NCBI RefSeq assembly: GCF_006345805.1
Contig: NC_043017.1
Span: 12,462,001 to 12,526,000, forward strand
DNA from: Octopus sinensis
Taxonomy: Eukaryota
Reading direction: 5' to 3'
Length of the DNA stretch: 64,000 nucleotides
In this document: positions 1 through 14,465 of the stretch, piece after piece
Numbering within the stretch: the first letter of the stretch is position 1
Layout of the letters: each line of letters begins with the position of its first letter
Position numbers and translations under genes: made by a program
The notes under the pieces: generated by a model
What the model was told of the DNA's origin: nothing
The model's input: the letters and a program-made list of their open reading frames with translations, nothing else
Databases searched by the model: none

Positions 1-801
1 ATGACTATTGTTATCGTTGTTTCACCTCTGGCCATGCTGGAATGCCGCCTTGAGGAATTTTTAGCCGAATGAATCGACCCCAATACTTTTTTTTTTATAA
101 GTCTGGTACTTATTCTATTGGTAACTGCTGCCGAACTGCTAAGTTACGAGGACATAAACGTGCCAACAGCCGTTGTCAAATAATTGTGGGGGACAAACAG
201 ACACATGGACATCCACACGCACATGTACACACACACACACACATACACGACAGGCTTCTTTCAGTCACTGTTTACTAAATCCCTTCACAAGGCTTAGGTT
301 GGCTAGGGAACCTCCTTGAGGGATTTTAAACTTATTGGACTGTGGCCATGCTGGTGCACCACCTTGAAGGTTTTAGACAAACAAACCAACCCCAATACTT
401 ATGATATTTTAAAAGCTTGGTATTCTGTTTCTTTTGCTGAACTGTTGGATTACTTGGATGTAAACACACCAACACCGGTTATCATGTGGTGATGGGAAAC
501 AAACATACACACATGCACACATAAAACGGGCTTCTTTCAGTTTCCATCTACCAAAACCACTCACAATGCATTGATCCACTAGACACTTGCCCAATGTGCC
601 ACACAGTGGGATTGAACCTGAGACCACTTGGTAGTAAAGCAAGCTTCTCAAACACAGTCACACCTGTGCCTCCTTTCTTCTAAAACGTTCATTCTACTGG
701 AATTTTGTGGTAGTTTTCCTTCAAAGTGCTACATCTCATGGGGGAAGGAAAACAGTAGCATTTTTCTTCCCTCATTCCTTCATTTTGTTTTTTTTTTAGT
801 A

Positions 802-1121
802 TTACACCTCACCAACAACAACACTGAACACCTTTTTGATCTCCATGTGTCTAACACACGTGGACATGCCTACAAAGTCAGAAAACACACAGCTCCCATG
901 ACTTTCGGAAACATTTTTTTCACGCTCAGAGTTGCCTGAAGCATGGAACAAACAGCCTGCGTCAGTTGTTGACTGCCATGACACTGCATCCTTTAAGGCC
1001 CTATGCTTTCCGAAATCCGCCGCCGAAACTATACCTGATTATATATACACTTTAGATGAGTTGTAGTGCACCTGAGCACTGTACACAATTATTATTATTA
1101 TTGTTATTATTATTATTATTA
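802..1121 (+). mobile_element. CR1-type LINE 3' fragment
   Basis: SNTRGHAYKVRK..FFTLRVAEAWNK-like translation with an (ATT)n tail. A near-identical inverted copy lies at ~38920-39225. Confidence 0.8.
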
Positions 1122-1253
1122 TTTTTAATACAACACAAATTGTGATCCTGAAACAAATTGATTCCCCCACACCTCAGAATTTCAACTTAGATATATTTTT
1201 TTTTACCCACAACTTTATTTAGGCAATAATGACTGAAACAAGTATAAGGTATA

Positions 1254-1666
1254 GGCTGAGCTGGCAGAACCGTTAGCACGCCGGGCGAAATGCTTAGCAG
1301 TATTTTGTCTGCCGTTACGTTGTGAGTTCAAATTCCGCTGAGGTCGACTTTGCCTTTCATCCTTTCGGGGTCGATAAATTAAGTACCAGTTACGCACTGG
1401 GGTCGATGTAATCGACTTAATACCTATGTCTGTCCTTGTTTGTCCCCTCTGTGTTTAGCCCCTTGTGGGTAATAAAGAAATAGGTATTTTGTCTGCCATT
1501 ACGTTGTGAGTTCAAATTCCGCCGAGGTCGACTTTGCCTTTCATCCTTTCGGGGTCGATAAATTAAGTACCAGTTACGCACTGGGGTCGATGTAATCGAC
1601 TTAATACCTATGCCTGTCTTTGTTTGTCCCCTCTGTGTTTAGCCCCTTGTGGGTAATAAAGAAATA
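1254..1666 (+). mobile_element. tRNA-derived SINE family A, head plus 2 tandem bodies
   Basis: A-box-like TGGCAGAACCG, B-box GAGTTCAAATTCC and central gtcgactttgcctttcatcctttcggggtcgataaattaagtaccag (from memory resembles the Meta/MESC SINE domain). Second body 1483-1666. ggtata on both flanks. Confidence 0.85.
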
Positions 1667-1740
1667 GGTATATATATATATCTTACTCCTTTTATTGTAA
1701 AAGAGTAAAAGAGAGTAAAGAGTATACACACGCACACACA

Positions 1741-2365
1741 CAGAGTAATCCTTCGACTATCGCGGGTGTTACGTTCCAAAACACCCCGCGATAGGTGAAA
1801 ATCCGAGAAATAGTACTGTACTGGGATCTTTTCGGTTTGAACGGCAGTTTTTTAAAAATAATTTCCACGTAACTAAACACTTCTAAACTTCGTATACTGG
1901 TAGAATGTGTTTATAAAACATCTTTTTCTCTTGGCTTTATTGAGAAAATTCTATACGTTGTAAGATATTTGTTGTTCTTTTTCTTCAATTTCTGCAATTT
2001 CAACCAATCAATGACGTCTATTGGAGGTGAAAACATTCTGTGCCGTATGAATATGTCCCTCGTTTAAGAAACAGATTGGGTTTATTTACATTTGTGAAGA
2101 AAAAAAGATACCCTTCCCCCCACCCCTAACCCTAAAACAGATTGAAATGTAATAGATCGATACTAGGGTCATAATTATGGGTGACAATTTCATATGACAC
2201 CGCTAGAAAAAACTGCCGTTCAAACCGAAAAGATCCCTGTACTGTATTTTTTAAATTGTTTTTATAATTTATATATATATTTATTTTATAATAAATGCAA
2301 AACAACACCACAGAGGAATCGACGTAAGCTTAAATGATAAACCGCGATGTGGCGAGGGATTACTG
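1741..2365. mobile_element. pogo/Tigger-like MITE hosting the 1824-2236 element
   Basis: Imperfect TIRs cagagtaatccttcgactatcgcgg / ccgcgatgtggcgagggattactg. Confidence 0.6.
1824..2236. mobile_element. MITE with GG termini and 8-bp TSD (Merlin-like)
   Basis: TIR GGATCTTTTCGGTTTGAACGGCAGTTTTTT at both ends. TSD ctgtactg at 1816-1823 and 2237-2244. Confidence 0.8.
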
Positions 2366-3132
2366 TCAGAAATCGAAATTTTGGTGGGAAAGATTTTTTC
2401 CTTCTCTATGAGGTTTAGGATTTCGAAGAGCGATCTTTCGTCTCTAGTAGACCTTTCCGTCGATTACACAATATACTGTCCGTCTCCCACACCCCATCAA
2501 ACACACACACACACACATGTACATCAATGCTTCACATGCACGGTAACTTCAAAAGAACTTCCCTCGTCATACAATCGCTTTCTCTTAGTCTCTTTCGCTC
2601 TTATTACTTCAAAAGTTCCCGCAAGCCCATATGTAAAAAAAAAAAAAATTTTTTACGGAAATCGACGGAAAGGTCTACTAGAGACGAAAAATTGCCTTTC
2701 GAAGGACTGATATTCCAAAACGAAGGGTATTTCTTCCTTCCTTCTGTATTTATTTACTTAAAATACCCGGTAAATTATGTTAAAAGAAAGGATTCGTGAA
2801 ATAACATCAGCGAACATCGCCAATACATCTTCCTGGAAGTCACGTTTAGTTTTCAATAGCTTTCTGTAATCGTCCAGATATTTGTTTGTAGGGATTGCGT
2901 TGTGTTGTTTGTGTATTTAAAAGGAATCTCAAGGCGTTTGGTGCCGGTTGATAGAACGAAACATTGCTGACATCGGGACGAAAATAATAAAGAAATGTTG
3001 AATGGGTTTTTTTTAGGACAAGGGAGGGAACTCTAACGGATTAAATTTGTTACTTGTTGACCAATCAGATAAAAATTTCTCTGCAGCTTTACTGAGACAC
3101 ACACACGCATATACATAAATACACACACACAC

Positions 3133-3158
3133 GTATGTATGTATGTATGTATGTATGT

Positions 3159-3197
<39 letters not shown>

Positions 3198-3207
3198 TAT
3201 GTGTGTA

Positions 3208-3238
<31 letters not shown>

Positions 3239-3249
3239 GTGTGTGTGTA

Positions 3250-3284
<35 letters not shown>

Positions 3285-3288
3285 ATGT

Positions 3289-3362
<74 letters not shown>

Positions 3363-3518
3363 GTGTGTATGTATGTGTGTGTGTGTGTATGTGTGTGTGT
3401 GTGTATGTGTGTATGTGTGTGTGTGTGTGTGTATGTGTGTGTGTGTGTGTATGTATGTATGTGTGTGTATGTATGTATGTATGTATGTATGTATGTATGT
3501 ATGTATGTATGTATGTAT
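3133..3518. repeat. (GT)n/(GTAT)n microsatellite
   Basis: Directly visible. Confidence 0.98.
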
Positions 3519-3667
3519 TAATAAATTAAACATATGCATATATATAAACATATATGTACGTACCTACCTCTACATGTACATATACACGCATATATGAGTA
3601 CAGGACACCAAAAAGAACGTCGAACACAATGAGAAACGAAAACTTAGACACAAACCCAAGGAAAACT

Positions 3668-3707
<40 letters not shown>

Positions 3708-4206
3708 GTGCACATAAATATATACATTCATACGCACACACATACTGACATACACAGAAAGGTGTACGTTATACATTCACATGTATATGTGTGTGTGTGT
3801 GTTATGTTCTTTATAAGTAAATCGTCCCACGAATCGAAGACGTTCCAGTCTTGACTATCCCACCTTTGTTATATATCCAGGAAAGGGATTATCCAATAGA
3901 TTATTTCAAAAAAAGTATTCGTGTTTTGTTTTTTGAAAAAAGTTACAAACAAAATCACTTGTAAGGGCGACTAAATTAAAAATTTTGAAGTCTTTACTTT
4001 TTACTTTTTACTTGTTTCAGTCATGTGACTGTGGCCATGCTGGAGCACCACCTTTTTGTCGACCCCAGGACTTATTCTTTGTAAGCCTAGTACTTGTTCT
4101 ATCGGTCTCTTTTGCCGAACCGCTAAGTTACGGGGACGTAAACACACCAGCATCGGTTGTCAAGCGATGTTGGGGGGGGGGAACAAACGCAGACATACAA
4201 ACATAT

Positions 4207-4243
<37 letters not shown>

Positions 4244-4971
4244 ACGGGCTTCTTTCAGTTTCCGTCTATCAAATCCACTCACAAGGCTTTGGTCGGCCCG
4301 AGGCTATAGTAGAAGACACTTGCCCAAGGTGCCACGCACTGGGACTGAACCCGGAACCATGTGGTTAAAGAATTTTTTTTTTTAATGTGTTGTGCGTGGA
4401 AGTTTTAGACTCTTCCGCCTGGACATCGGCGAAAAGTGGGCAATTTTTCCCCCCACTTTCAGTTAGTGGTCCGTCATTTACAGCTGAGTGAACTGGAGCA
4501 AAATGTGAAATGGTCTTGCGATCGTAAATACAACAGCCTAAACATTAGGCCACGCGCCTCAACCCTAGGACATTGCTGTCTCGAGTCCTATGATTCATCG
4601 GACTGGTTGCTCAGTTTCTATGGCGTATAAGTAAACGAGTTCACACCCTTTCCCCTGGAGGGGACGCCACTCCATCGTAGGGTTAACTCATTTACAGCTG
4701 ATTGGACTGGATAAACGTGAAATGAAATGTTTTGCTCATAAACACAACGCACCAACCCGTCCGGGAATCGAAACCACATTCTTGTTTTGTGATTGCGAGT
4801 GCAACACCTTAACGACTAGGCCACACACTTTCACAGGGGGTGTTGGAAAGTTCCTCGCTTTAAGGGTGTCGCGAAAGGCCTCGTTGGAGGCCCAACCTGC
4901 TGAGTTCTTTTACAGGGCTTAGAAAAACTGAAGGAGAGCTGCAATAAATGTGTGAATCTGAGAGGGATATA

Positions 4972-5389
4972 TCTCTTTTCTCTTTTTCTCTTTTTACTTG
5001 TTTCAGTCATTTTGACTGCGGCCATCCTGGAGCACCGCCTTTAATCGAGCAACTCTAGCCCGGGACTTATTCTTTGTAAGCCCAGTACTTATTCTATCGG
5101 TCTCTTTTGCCGAACCGCTAAGTGACGGGGACATAAACCACACCAGAATCGGTTGTCAAGCAATGCTAGGGGGACAAACACAGACACACAAACATACACG
5201 CACACATACTATATATACATATATACGACGGGCTTCTTTCAGTTTCCGTCTACCAAATCCACTCACAAGGCTTTTGGTCGGCCGAGGCTATTGTAGAGAC
5301 ACTTGCCCAAGGTTGCCACGCAGTGGGACTGAACCCGGAACCATGGGGGTTGGTTAGCAAGCTACTTACCACACAGCCACTCCTGCGCC
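4972..5389 (-). mobile_element. tRNA-derived SINE family C with internal (TA)n(TG)n tract
   Basis: Head ggcgcaggagtggctgtgtggtaag..gggttcagtccc, CORE-like ccttgggcaagtgtc and an (AAAGAGT)n-type tail. Other copies at ~20-670 (degenerate), 3995-4368 and 24499-24925. Confidence 0.85.
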
Positions 5390-5755
5390 TACGTTGAATA
5401 AAATCATAATTAACTGATCCTCCTGTATTTTCTTTTGCTTAAAACCGGGAACTTTTCAGCACCCCTTGCTATGTAATAAATTAAGCATAAACAAGTCACG
5501 GTATCGACCAGACTATGGGAAGTTTTTAAACGTCAGTGGTCACAATGCCCCTCGAATTGTTTTAGCTTTCGAATGACCTCGCTGGCTAGGCGAGCAGGCG
5601 GCCAAAATACTCCCAGTACAGAAAGCTATTCCATCACAGAGTTTATCCAATTTACAGCCGAGTGAATCATAGCAACGTAAAATGAAGTGTTTTGCTCTCA
5701 AGAACATGACAGACCTCCCTGTGCAGGAATCGAACCCATGATCTGGTGATCGTAA

Positions 5756-5984
5756 GGCGGCGAGCTGGCAGAAGCGTTAGCACGCCGGGCGAAATGCGTA
5801 GCCGTATTTCGTCTGCCGTTACGTTCTGAGTTCAAATTCCGCCGAGGTCGACTCTGCCATTCATCCTTTCGGGGTCGATAAATTAAGTACCAGTTACGCA
5901 CTGGGTCGATATAATCGACTTAATCCGTTTGTCTGTCCTTGTTTGTCCCCTCTGTGTTTAGCCCCTTGTGGGTAGTAAAGAAAT
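5756..5984 (+). mobile_element. SINE family A, full-length monomer
   Basis: GGCGGCGAGCTGGCAGAAG head through aagaaat. TSD gatcgtaag. Inserted into an older tRNA-SINE. Confidence 0.88.
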
Positions 5985-6253
5985 GGATCGTAAGTGCAAC
6001 ACCCTACCCACTAAGCCACGCACCTTCACAAGTATAAACATATATCATTTCATTAATCGCAGGTTAATCCCATAAATCGCTGTTTCTGTTGTAACGTTGC
6101 TGTTAGTGAAACATCGTTAAGCGTGCAGAGATTAAGCGACGGAACCGAAAGAAGGTCGTTCGGTTGGTTTGTCTGGCGAGGATTATAGCTGCCATTCGTC
6201 TCTTCTTCGTTCAAATTTTCATTCTCCCCTCCTCCGTTCCTGTGCAAAGCGCT

Positions 6254-6628
6254 CCGTCGGTTACGACGACGAGGGTTCCGGTTGATCCGAATCAACGGAA
6301 CAGCCTGCTCGTGAAATTAACGTGTAAGTGGCTGAGCACTCCACAGACACGTGTACATTTAACGTAGTTCTCGGGGATATTCAGCGTGACACAGAGAGTG
6401 ACAAGGCCGGCCCTTTGAAATACAGGTACAACAGAAACAGGAAGTAAGAGTGAGAGAAAGTTGTGGTGAAAGAGTACAGCAGGGATCACCACCATCCCCT
6501 GCCGGAGCGTCGTGGAGCTTTTAGGTGATTTCGCTCAATAAACACTCACAACGCCCGGTCTGGGAATCGAAACCGCGATCCTATGACCGCGAGTCCGCTG
6601 CCTTAACCACTGGGCCATTGCGCCTCCA
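6254..6628 (-). mobile_element. tRNA-derived SINE family B
   Basis: Minus-strand head TGGAGGCGCAATGGCCCAGTGGTTAAG (A box) and GGTTTCGATTCC (B box). TSD caaagcgct at 6245-6253 / 6629-6637. Confidence 0.88.
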
Positions 6629-6807
6629 CAAAGCGCTGAACAACTAACTAACGAAATAAAACTTATCGCCGTTTTCTGTAGTTGAGGTTACCGTGGTCTT
6701 TTTCGTAGGCTTTTCTTTCCACGGGTAAACCTAATCTGTATTACGTTTTTAAACGCTTTTGATCCCTTTTGATCGTATTCTTTTCTCTCTTTCGAAAAGG
6801 AATTCTA

Positions 6808-6907
6808 NNNNNNNNNNNNNNNNNNNNNNNNNNNNNNNNNNNNNNNNNNNNNNNNNNNNNNNNNNNNNNNNNNNNNNNNNNNNNNNNNNNNNNNNNNNNN
6901 NNNNNNN
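6808..6907. other. Assembly gap (100 N)
   Basis: Exactly 100 N, a typical placeholder size. Contiguity of 1-6807 with the rest is unverified. Confidence 0.99.
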
Positions 6908-9328
6908 GTTTCAAATTTTGGCACAAGGCCAGAATCTTCATGGGGGAAGGGTGTTAGTCAATTATATCAGTCCCAGTACTTGACTGGTACTTTATTTCAT
7001 TGACCCCGAAAGGATGAAAGGTAAAGTCAACCCATGGCAGCATTTGAACTCAGGACATAGAGAACTGGAAGAAATGCTGCTAAGCATAGTCCCAGGCGCT
7101 AAAGATCCAACCAACTCACTGCTTCTAAAATAGGCGCCAGGCCAAAAATGAGGGGTGGAAGAAGAAGAATCCCTTATAATAATCTCAGTACTGGACTGGT
7201 ATTTTAATTTGTCACACACACATCACCAACCCTGAGCGATGAAAGACAAAGTTGACCTTGGCAAGACTTGAACACAAGGAAGTAGAGAGCCAGAAACAAA
7301 TACCACAAGGTGTTTTGCTCGATGCACCACCAATCCTGCACAATTTTAATTTACTGCCTCCAATAATAATAATAACAATAATAATAATAATAATAAAAAT
7401 AATAATAATCCTTTCTATTATAAGCAAAAGGCTTGAAATTGTTAGGGGAGGGGGCTAGTCAATTACATTGATCCCAGTACTCAACTGGTACTTATTTCAT
7501 CAACCCAGAGAGGATGAAAGGCAGAGTCGACCTCAGTAGAATTTGAACTCAGAACATAGAAACAGACGTTCTAAGCATTTCGCAATAATAATTTCTAGCA
7601 TAACTAACTACAAGGCCACAAATTTGGGGCAGGGGTAGATACTTGATATTACTGACTCTCCCCAGTATATAACTGGTACATTATATTGTCGATCCCCCCC
7701 CCACCACCACCACCATCAAGAAAGAATGAAAACACAAAGTCTACTTTAGGCTGAATTTGAACTCTGGTCCAAGAAATGCCACATATTTGCAAAGGAAAGA
7801 AGATTGGGGGGATGGGGGTCTAAAGATTCGGTTGGTTTGTTCCAGTAGATGCCTAGCAGGGATGTGTGTAGATGTGTGTGTGTGAGGCAGGATATTAGCC
7901 CTTGAGGATTAGGGTTAGCGGGGAAAAGCAACAGCTCTGTATACCAGGCAGCATTCAGAGTACAAAGTAGAGTACAGAAAAACAGATGCACAAACCAACA
8001 GACCAAGGTGATAATTAACAACAGCCTTAATTACAAAATATCAAACATGGAAAATAACCAATGATGTTATAACGACCGAATCAGAGATATAACAAAATGG
8101 AATAAAACAAAAACAAACAAGAACAACAGTAAAACAAAAAACAACAAAAACAATCTATTCCCAGTATTTAAAACAAAAATACTGCAAAACAAAGCAACAA
8201 ATACTCCAGCAACATTTAAACAAAATAATAATAATATTAATAATAAATCCTCTGAAACCACAATGTGTCGGATAGGACGGGAAATGATGATAAAGATGGG
8301 GTAAATTAACTGGTTTTTTTTCATGAACCTATAACAAACAACAACAGCAGAAGGAAAAAAAAAAATTTTATCAAAAGTTATCCCCACTACCTTCTCTCTG
8401 TCCTCCCCCATATCCATGTAATATAACTACATATATATATAAATATATTTCACCTAGGCATTGTAAGACTACTAACTTAGTGTAGAACTCAATATACATA
8501 TGCTTTAGAACAAAATGTTAGTCAAGTACAGAGTGACACAGACATTCAACTATGAGTCCACTGCATTTATAGCAGAAACAACTGTAAGCTAATGAAGTTC
8601 ATAAGATAATCGTTTATTTCTTTGTCATCTCTCTTTCTTATATATATAATATATACATATATGAAAGAGAGAGGAAAAGATGAAAAACAGTGATTAAAAT
8701 ATCCATGCAGATATCAATAAAGCACTCAAGTTTTAAATGAATTAGATTTTTTAGTGTCTGATTGTTGGATATTTTTAATCCAAGTCAAATAAACATCATA
8801 AGGTAATTCCTCATTTAGAAGAATTTTGAGAAATTCAGAAAAAATACGTATATATGGCTTTGTAAGGTGAGTTCTACAATTAAAGAAGCAATGCTTTTCT
8901 ATACGTATTTTAGTTACACACACACACGTATGATAGAGAGATAGATGTATTCATGTTTCAAGTCACACACTCAACTCCTAAATCTCCTGGACTGTTTTGT
9001 AGTTGAGGGCTTAAGTATGATCAGGAAGTCTGTATCACAAAACCAGGGCTGGTCCTCAGGCTGGTTAATGTTAAAAGGGTCTTGTTGTCATCACTTGATA
9101 ATTATAACTCATCTTCTAGAAACACGAGATGGTTTTTAATAAATCATGAACTTATATTGCATGGTACACGACACATTTGTATTTGTCCCTATATCATCAT
9201 CATCATCATCATTAGCATCCATTGTCCATGCTGGAATGGGTTGGATGGTTTGGCCACAACTGGGAAGCTGCACCAGACTCCAGTCTGATTCAGCATGGTT
9301 TCTATGACTGGATGCCCTTCCTAACACC

Positions 9329-10254
<926 letters not shown>

Positions 10255-10262
<8 letters not shown>

Positions 10263-10692
10263 GTGCATACACACAACACACACACATGCATAGAGACTCT
10301 GATTTCTTTGGATTCCCTACCACAAATTTGAAAATTCCTTAAATACACTAGAATTGTACTTCAAACAACAGCAATAAGTTTGGTGGTGGTGGTGGTGTGA
10401 CTGTTCAACAAGCATAGAGTCGGGGATGGCTATCAATGCTTATGTAAAATAGGAATGAGAAGCTACAAAGAAATGGTAGCAAATTAAAACTGGAACCAAA
10501 CGAAAACCAAAAAAAAGCCACGGAGAATGCAGAGTTTTTGCGTTGATACAACAGTATAAAAGAATAATAGGTTGAGGCTGTTTCTTGTTTGATAGAATTT
10601 AAAAATAAAATACACTTCCTCAAAATTATGTCTGGAGCCCAATGAAATATATGCATATGATATATATGTATATGTGTGTATACATGAATGTG

Positions 10693-10735
<43 letters not shown>

Positions 10736-10765
10736 AAACACATATGTATATATAAAGACATATGT

Positions 10766-10807
<42 letters not shown>

Positions 10808-10817
10808 TATGTACCTA

Positions 10818-10859
<42 letters not shown>

Positions 10860-10929
10860 TATATATATATATATATAATATATAATATGTACTATATTAT
10901 ATAATATATATATATATATATATATGTAC

Positions 10930-10961
<32 letters not shown>

Positions 10962-11390
10962 GTGCATACACCCACACACACATGCATAGAGACTCTGATT
11001 TCTCTTGGATTCCCTACCAAATTTGAAATTCCACTTAAATACACTAGAATTGTACTTCAAACAACAGCAATAAGTTTGGTGGTGGTGGTGGTGGTGGACT
11101 GTTCAACAAGCATAGAGTCGGGGATGGCTATCAATGCTTATGTAAAATAGGAATGAGAAGCTACAAAAGAAATGGTAGCAAATTAAAACTGGAACCAAAC
11201 GAAAACCAAAAAAAGCCATCGGAGAATGCAGAGTTTTTGCGTTGATACAACAGTATAAAAGAATAATAGGGTTGAGGCTGTTTTCTTGTGTTGAATAGAA
11301 TTAAAAATAAAATACACTTCCTCAAAATTATGTCTCGGAGCCCAATGAAATATATGCATATGATATATATGTATATGTGTGTATACATGA

Positions 11391-11442
<52 letters not shown>

Positions 11443-11478
11443 ACACATATGTATATATAAAGACATATGTATACATAT
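10255..11478. repeat. ~520-bp direct duplication (10255-10770 / 10954-11478) separated by TA arrays
   Basis: Near-identical copies differing mostly by 1-bp indels. Confidence 0.85.
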
Positions 11479-11735
11479 ATGTTCGTGTGTGTGTGTGTGA
11501 GTGGTATATATATATGGAAGTATATATACGTATTCAATGTGTGTACATACATAAATATATATATAGATATTAATATATATTATACACACACATGCATTTG
11601 TAAAAACGACTAACTAACACTTATAAATTTGCTTGGCTAATGTCTTGAAAAACATAGCTGATAATGAAAGGGTGGTGAGTGGAGGTGATGGAAGCATATG
11701 CCTTTTTATACAATCAAACATAGACACAATTATAC

Positions 11736-11789
<54 letters not shown>

Positions 11790-13538
11790 TGAATAGATCA
11801 GGGCTTTGAAATTCACAAAGGAAAAAAGAGCTTCGGTAACAGAGTAGCCTCCCTTTATATACTGCCGGATGGCAGTAATTCCTTATTTTATATATATATT
11901 ATATTATATATATATTTAAATAATAAGGGGGTGGTCCACTTAGTGGTCATACCCCTTATATGTATGTATATATATATATTTTCCGTTTAGTGTTTGTTTA
12001 TTTTCAGTCATTTTTTTTCCTTGGTTATTTTTGTATTTTTATTAAAAAAGAAAATCACAAATTTTCTTAACTCGCAGTTTTCTACAAAACAACCTCCCCA
12101 CCCACCCGCCCACCCAATTGCTTTTTTTTTGTATACATTATTGGATATTTGTTTTTGTTTTTTACTTTTTATATTCTTTGAGTCAAAAAAAAAAATCTTC
12201 CCTCCCCCACCCTGTCAATCACAACAACAACAACAACAACACTAATAACCATTTCTTAAATAGGCACAATGCCATACGTGGATTTTAAGAGAATAAAGAG
12301 TATTATGGTTTATTTATAATATTAACTGCGGTGCTTGGCCGATCCTTCATTTTATCGATTCCAGCATTCCACCAATTCTTCCAGGACAGCACCATGACAA
12401 TAATAACTGTTTCTACAATAGGAAAGGAGAGGGGTGGCCGCTAGTCAATTACATCAAACCTGATAGATTTGAACTCAGAATCTTTAAAGTTGTAAGAAAT
12501 GTTGCTAAACATTTTATCCGATGTGCCAAGTTCTACCATCTTAATGATGATGGTTTCAAATTTTGGCACAAGGCCAGAATCTTCATGGGGGAAGGGTGTT
12601 AATCAATTTACATCATTCCCAATACTTAATTGGGACTTTATTTTATCAACCCCACAAAATGATGACAGTATTTTGCCCAGCGTGCTAATGATTCTGCCAT
12701 CTCACCGCCTTAATGGTTCTTCCTGTCAGCTCGACACTTCAATCAGTTGATTCTGTCAGCTCGACACCTCAATCAGTTGAGTTCAGCATAAAGATTGCCC
12801 CCAACTACAACCATCCCTTGGTAGGGAAGAACAGCAAGGTGGTGGGGGAAGAGGTCAGTTGTTCTGCGAGGGTGAAAGTAGGTAGTGTAGTGGACAACAC
12901 TGAGAAAGGATGAAAGACAAGGTTTCTCCTTCACCAAACCCTCAGAAATATATTGAGTCTGACTTTTTAAGAGGAAAGTGAGGGTGAAAAGGGGAAATGC
13001 AAGGAGAGGGTGCAGAGCTTCCAGTAAAATTGGTAAAAGGGGTCAGAGAGCGTGTAAAGTATAGATTGGGTATGTGGAATTGATCTGAATATATACAGGT
13101 CTTGAAAGTAATTAGGGGATGTGAGAGTGGGGACACTTGCTCTAGTACTTAGGGCACTCCAGTTCAGGAACTTAAGTGTAGGGGATAAAAGGTTTCTCTG
13201 AATGGCTCTGGGTAACTGTCTTCTTTTTAGGGAACATATGTACATACATCTGAGATGTTAAGTACACACACACACAAGTTCACTCCATATCACATTGTCT
13301 ATATTTCCTTTAAAACTTTTCTCCAACTAACGGCCCTGCAGCAACAAAAGAAATCATTATCACTGTTGTTGTTGTTGCCGTTGTTGTAGTTACCAGAATA
13401 ATTTCACGTCATTGATTTTGTTCTCTCTTTTAAAAAAAGGGAAATTAAACGAAGACAACAAAATAGATACAAGCGAGGCTGAGCATAAATCTGTTCAAAT
13501 TGCTTCCAGGTCTTGGTATATGTATATGTGTATATATA

Positions 13539-13569
<31 letters not shown>

Positions 13570-13570
13570 C

Positions 13571-13824
13571 CGGAGTAAACACATAAATGTGAAACAAGGT
13601 GGGAAAAAAAGAGTACTCAAATACCAGTGGTAGAGTAATATGCTTTATTTAAAGCAGCAGAAAATTCAACAAAACCTTGTTACTCTGAGTTTCCCCATTT
13701 CCGTTCGTCGGACAGTTTTTGCTAGCAAAAACTGGGATTTTTTCTAGCAAAAACTGTCCAACGAACGGAAACGGGAAACTCAGAGTAACAGGTTTTGTTG
13801 AATTTTCTGCTGCTTTAAATAAAG

Positions 13825-13828
<4 letters not shown>
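13571..13828. mobile_element. Fold-back element in (TA)n with a degenerate hammerhead motif (Penelope-like)
   Basis: Arms ~13639-13725 and 13744-13828. Motif ctgt-CC(G/A)ACGA-...-GAAA-ctc-a-gag-TA-aca. Confidence 0.6.
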
Positions 13829-13857
<29 letters not shown>

Positions 13858-13933
13858 ATAAATATTAGGGAATGAATCCAAAATTACAGGGAAAAATCAG
13901 ATTTAGGGTTAAATCCAATTTATAGTAAAATAT

Positions 13934-14104
13934 TATATAATATAATTCGAGACAAAACCACTATTTTAAAACCAAACAAGGAAAGACTTAATCAATACAT
14001 AAAATTTTAATATAAATTAAATAATTATTTAATTTATATTAAAATTTTATGTATTGATTAAGTCTTTCCTTGTTTGGTTTTAAAATAGTGGTTTTGTCTC
14101 GAAT

Positions 14105-14115
<11 letters not shown>
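13934..14115. repeat. Perfect 182-bp loopless palindrome in (TA)n
   Basis: Centre ataa|ttat at 14024/14025. The left extension 13851-13933 resembles the reverse complement of ~45605-45650. Confidence 0.9.
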
Positions 14116-14141
<26 letters not shown>

Positions 14142-14169
14142 CACAAATAATAATATGCATGCATGTATT

Positions 14170-14205
<36 letters not shown>

Positions 14206-14432
14206 AATACATGCATGTGCTGCACAATGTGTGTGTGTGTTTGTGTGTGAAACAGTTTTAAGAAAACATATTTGCTATGCAGTAAGTCTTCAAGAAGTTC
14301 TTTTGCTTGCGCACTGCCCATCACTCACTATTTCCTGGTGGTTTCCTTCTTCTCCGAAGTCAATACCCAGTGGGTAACATGAGGGTGAAGGGAGGGAAAG
14401 GGAAAGAAGGACAGGGCTGGGATCCTGCACTC

Positions 14433-14465
<33 letters not shown>

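Noticed and set aside
2121-2136. ccctaaccctaa telomere-like repeat
   Set aside because: Only two units, internal to a MITE.
3033-3597. Long ORFs of YI/HT/CV repeats (also 9400-11589 and 58222-58671)
   Set aside because: Translations of dinucleotide microsatellites with no splice or domain support.
6908-6965. ~50-bp near-identity between the gap edge and 12553-12608
   Set aside because: Both are ends of the same SINE subfamily; too short to claim a mis-join.
12720-13250. Unique-looking segment possibly from a LINE or gene (also 46590-47050)
   Set aside because: Interrupted frames with no motif I can recognise.
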